The position numbers were made by a program, and so were the translations under genes. Of a stretch of 40,906 nucleotides of DNA, positions 36,326 through 40,906 are shown one piece after another. How positions within the stretch are numbered: the stretch's first letter is position 1; every line of letters starts with the position of its first letter. The DNA lies in contig JAAOMT010000221.1 of NCBI GenBank assembly GCA_016748015.1, forward strand, positions 22,648 to 63,553, read 5' to 3'. This DNA is from Geosiphon pyriformis uo1 (taxonomy: Eukaryota > Fungi > Glomeromycota). Below the pieces are notes generated by a model. That model was not told the origin of the DNA. It was given only the letters and a program-made list of their open reading frames with translations, and ran no database searches.

Positions 36326-37179
36326 TATTACTTATAGAAATATAGGAAATATATATATTAGCATAGTTATTAACCAATCAGAAGTAGACATAGTAAAATG
36401 TGGAATTCCAGGATTCCTCTCAGGAATTGCAGGATTCCAGGAATTACAGGATTCTCACAAGAAATTGCAGGATTCCAGAATTCTAGGATTCTTTTCAAAG
36501 GAATTGCAGGATTCCTGTTGTAAAGAATTAAGGAATTGGGGAATCTCAATTATGTATATATAGCAGTAGGATTAGAAGCTAAAAAAACAGACCTCTCAGT
36601 TTAAATTTCATCTAGACAACTTTCCAAACCACAAATAAATAACTGTTTATTATCTCAAATCCACTGCCACTATCAACATTTTATGTTGATAGTAATTGAT
36701 ACTTAACCACATTGGAACAATAGCTTTTGATCATGGCTATTGATGGAATACTAACTTGCAAATTGCCTTGGCTTATTTTTTTTCTTTCTTTATTTTTTTT
36801 TTTTCTTTATTTCTTGCCTTGATTTTATTGTTGTTTACTAACTCTATTGAGGATTAATGCGTGGAGTACTGACGTCAGAATAAACGTGACTGGTAAAAGA
36901 CCTAGAAATAAGAATAGAACACTCGATTGAGAATAGCTTACCAGGAGGAATACCAGCCATCAAGTTGAGAAAAAAATTGACAAAACTGCGGTTTCGGGAA
37001 GCTACAGATAAAACTATTACCATTGAATCTCTGTCCATTATACAAAGAACTCAACCAAACTCTTTGAATACAAACTTTTCAGACACAAACCTTCAGATTA
37101 TTATCAACTACAACTAAATTTGAGCACCAAGTTACAGGTTTGTTATTTAATCCAACACCAGAACTAGTCACCTGTAATA
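36326..37179 (+). repeat. LTR variant (854 bp; termini mutated to TA...TA)
   Basis: PPT at 36311-36325; TATTAC...GTAATA; conserved blocks. Confidence 0.9.
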
Positions 37180-37259
37180 TCATTAAACCAAACACATAAA
37201 ATTGAATAACCAAAAAAATATATAAAAACATGGTATACATGACAAAAGACAGCAGAAAT

Positions 37260-37889
37260 ATGGAGATTACTGACAGTATTCACTCACTAGCACAACAATT
37301 CTTTCAATTAATACAACAACAAGAAATAGAAATTACAATCAATCAACAAACTATTAGATACACAAACACCAGAAAAAAAACATAAGATAAAACATGGAGA
37401 AAAACAGAAAATACTGTTGACAAAATAATTACAAAAATGAAACTGGCAATAGAAACACAATCAAAAGTAATCTAATATCAAGAGTTGACTATAGAAACTT
37501 AGAATTGGTAGATACAACAATTTCCAATAAACTTTTATTACTTTTATTTGGGACAACACTTAAACATCCAGAGCTTATATATGAATAAAACAAAACAATT
37601 ATTTGACACAACAATATTGCAACAACTGGAATAATTTGTGGAAAAGAACAATTTGACCACACAAGCAAAAGCCATTTATTGGCTACATACTGAATTTTAG
37701 GATCAACTAGAGATCTTTCTACATTTAGAAATAAACTCCATTACCATTAACCAAATAGGAAAAATAACTAATGCCCAATTTGAAAACTTACAGAACAAGA
37801 TAGCACAAGTAATTTTTGAAAAAGAAGTTCAAGAAATACTCAAAGATGGAGAATTAGAATTAAAAGATCTCGATAGAGCTCAATATTAA
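37260..37889 (+). pseudogene. ORF3 copy 4 (third variant)
   Basis: 630 nt; MEITDSIHSLAQQ...DLDRAQY*. Confidence 0.8.
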
Positions 37890-37902
37890 AAGAAGAAAAT
37901 AA

Positions 37903-38742
37903 TGTTACTTATAGAATATAGGAAGTATATATTAGCATAAATTAGCCAATCAGAAGTAATTGTAGTAAATGTAGAATTCTAAGATTCCTTTCAGAAGAAT
38001 CGCAGGATTCCAGAAATTTCAAAATTCTTGTATAAAGAATCACAGGATTCCAAAATTCCAGAATTTCTTTCAAAAAAATTGCAGGATTTCAGAAATTTCA
38101 GAATTCCTGGTGTGAAGAATTAAGGAATTGAGGAATTTCAATTATGTATATATAGCAGTAGAATTAAAAGTAAAAAAGACAGACCTCTCAGTTTAGATTT
38201 AATTTAAGCAACCTTCCACATCATGAATATAATAAATAATTATTCAATATCTCAAATCCACTTTTCACTATCAATATTTCATGTTGATAACAATTAATAC
38301 TTAACTATACTAGAACAATAGCTCTTGATCATGACTATTGACAGGATACTAACATTTATTGCTTTAACCTATTTTCTTTTATTTTGTTATTTTTTTGTTT
38401 TATTAATTGATTGAAAATTAAGTGCTGAGTTATTAATATCACAAATAGCCTGGTAAAAGACCCCAAAGGAAGGGTATAGGAATTGAAAATTTAAGGATAG
38501 CTTACCAGAAGGGCATCTCTGCCAAGATTACTGGCCACCATGCTGAGAAAAAAATTTGATAGAATTATGATTCCAGGAGACTACTAAGAAGACAATAATT
38601 GAATCTCTGTTCATTATACAAAGGACTCAACCAAAACCTTTAGATCTATAAACATCTTTAGAAATCAACATCATTAAATTCATTGAGCACCAAGTTATAG
38701 ATTTGTTATTTGCTTTGAGACTTTAAATAATTATTTGTAACA
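37903..38742 (+). repeat. LTR variant (840 bp)
   Basis: PPT at 37888-37902; TGTTAC...GTAACA. Confidence 0.92.
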
Positions 38743-39622
38743 CTATTGAGTTCTTTGGTTATAAAGCACAAAGTTTTGGTTTTCACTAATTGCAACTTCT
38801 TATAAAAGTGAGCTTTTTTTTCTGAGCTAACAAGTGCAGTTGTTAGGGTTTAGCATTGTCTTTTCACCTTTTTGGTAAGCTATCAAAATAACATTAATAT
38901 CCAAAAATCTAGGAAGAGCTTCTTTCTTTTACCAGGCTATCACAAAGTCTATTCTTAGACAGTCAATTTAACTATATTGCCACTCTATAAAAAAATAAAA
39001 AAAAGAAATAAAAAGAAAAGAAAAATAAAAAAAAGAAAAGAATTAATATCATTAATTATCATGATCAAGAGCAATTGGTTCAAATTGTTAATAGTTCGAG
39101 ATGATTATGCTAAGAGCATCTGTTCTAGAATGAAAGTATAAAACAATAATTAATTTACGTAAATTTCACAAATTTTGAAAACATGAATTTGTAATTCTGA
39201 TTTCTTAATAATTGATTTATTTCAAAAAATGAATATGAAATATAATAAATAATAAAAGGGTATAGATATTTGATTTTTGTTTAATAGTTTATATCTATCT
39301 ATCTGTCTGTTTTTATTTTCTATAACTACCCACTTTTATACATTCTTTTGGTTTTACAGAATTGCTTCTGATTGTTTCATTATTGTTAACTATTGCTTTG
39401 TTATTTCTGTTATTGCTTTATTCTTCTATATTATTACTAGTTATTCTACATTATAACATGTTATTTAATATTATTCTGTATTATCTCATATTGTAACATA
39501 TTATTTTGCACTATTCTAAGTTATAATGTGTTATTCAACATTATTGCATACTATTTTGTATTATGTTATGTTCTGATTATGTTTTTTTATAACTTTGGAT
39601 CAGTTTTTCTATTCAAGTAACA
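38743..39622 (-). repeat. Antisense LTR of a related, more distant family; its U5 end is cut off by the LTR ending at 38742
   Basis: Minus strand starts TGTTACTTGAATAG and has different U3 repeats (about 39360-39600) and GTATAAAAG. It then shows the shared blocks GCTCTTGATCATG, a T-rich tract, GATAGCCTGGTAAAAGA, GATAGCTTACCA and CAAAGAACTCAA. Confidence 0.75.
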
Positions 39623-39648
39623 ATATATAATTTTATATATATATATAA

Positions 39649-40250
39649 TTAATAGTGTGTTGGCCTTTCATTTGCTTTTAATATTGCTTCAATTCTTTGT
39701 GGCATTGACAACTTGTTTCAAAACTAACATATTATAACTTAACTATTTCTTCTTTAGAGCATTTTTAAGTTCTTCTATAGTTCTTAGAAAGTTTTCATGT
39801 TTTTAAATATTGTTTTTAATTATTTTTCACACATTTTTTATGGGTTTAGATTAGAAAAACTGGCTGGCCAATTCAAAATCTCAATGGTTTTTCTTTGAAC
39901 CATTTTTTCATAATTTTAATATTATAAATAGGAGCATTGTCTTGTTAAAATATTAGATTTTTTGCTACTAAATCATAAATAACAATAAAAAAATAATAAA
40001 AAATTGGTTTTTATAATTTTAAGATATGTTTTTGCTATAATCTTTTCTATTTTTTTTTGTATTTATTACAAAATATTAATGGACCTCTAAGTTTTCTAAC
40101 AAAGCATCTTCAAGTTATTTTTAATTATTAATCATTATTAAAGCTAGGTATTAAGCATTTAATATTATATCTTTTTTTTATATGATGCCATATTTTAATT
40201 TGTTGAAATTGTTTGTCAATTTTTATACTGGTTTCATCTAAAAAAATTAT
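39649..40250 (-). pseudogene. Tc1-like DDE transposase relic (catalytic domain)
   Basis: IIFLDET, F*QDNAP, NWPASFSNLNPI (from WPxxSPDLNPIE), and the C-terminal SMPQRIEAILK..PTHY*. The 5' part is lost in the N gap. Confidence 0.85.
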
Positions 40251-40906
40251 NNNNNNNNNNNNNNNNNNNNNNNNNNNNNNNNNNNNNNNNNNNNNNNNNN
40301 NNNNNNNNNNNNNNNNNNNNNNNNNNNNNNNNNNNCCCAAAAAAGTAATAACAAGAAGATAAACAAAATGTATATATTTGGGTATTTTATTATACCAAAA
40401 TTGGGCATTAATTTTAAAGACAACTGTACTTAATGCCCATATTGTCAAAAAGAATTTGAAAAACTTGGTATTGACTGTATCAAAAAATTAACACATAATA
40501 AAAATAGAAAATATCTATCTAATACATATAATAATCTTAAAACATATTTGCTTTGGAGATATAATAAAAATCATAATTAGTATAGTACTCTTGTTAGTAT
40601 AAAGTATTATAATACATAGTGTTTTTTCTGTTCGAAATATAAAAGAGAATTTTATGTAGAGAGATTGTTTTAAAATATCTTGGACTGTTATCTAAAATAT
40701 ATTGACCCAATTTTTTTAAAAAACCAGAATATTCTGCAGGATTAAAACTTGAAGTACAAAAAAAACAACATAAAAGATATATGTAAAATTTTTTCATAAT
40801 GGTGATCCCAATATTTTATCAAAGCACAGAATCAACTCAAAAAAGAGTTGTGTAAAGAAAATTGGATTGTTTTAAAATATGTTTGGTATTATGAAGATCC
40901 ACATAT

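Noticed and set aside
40336-40906. Possible minus-strand membrane-protein gene fragments (40594-40797, 40336-40448)
   Set aside because: No recognisable motif, stops nearby, and bounded by a gap and the window end. Cannot be supported.

Overview
Eukaryotic, very AT-rich, transposon-dense region with assembly gaps. The protein styles suggest a Glomeromycotina (Geosiphon-like) fungus, which is an inference from memory and not a search. No intact host gene is evident. From left to right: a decayed Sola-like DNA transposase; a Crinkler/CR-type NTPase+restriction-endonuclease-fold pseudogene scrambled by two Nextera/Tn5 adapter artefacts; a full-length decayed LINE (ORF1; APE-RT-RNaseH-CCHC ORF2; structured 3' tail); a LINE 3' fragment; an ORF1-only element carrying the same LINE tail; a 5'-truncated LINE interrupted by a complete 11.1-kb Ty3/Gypsy element. 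That element has a 4-bp TSD, gag-PR-Cys-rich insert-dUTPase-RT-RNaseH, an integrase in a separate frame, an extra 209-aa ORF3 and a nested solo LTR. It is followed by an antisense LINE fragment, then a second Gypsy 3' half followed by a tandem array of three different [ORF3-PPT-LTR] modules, an antisense related LTR and a Tc1-like transposase relic. The most notable observations are the ORF3-LTR module array, the conserved unknown ORF3, the split integrase, the conserved LTR/PBS RNA architecture and the HAL1-like ORF1-only element.
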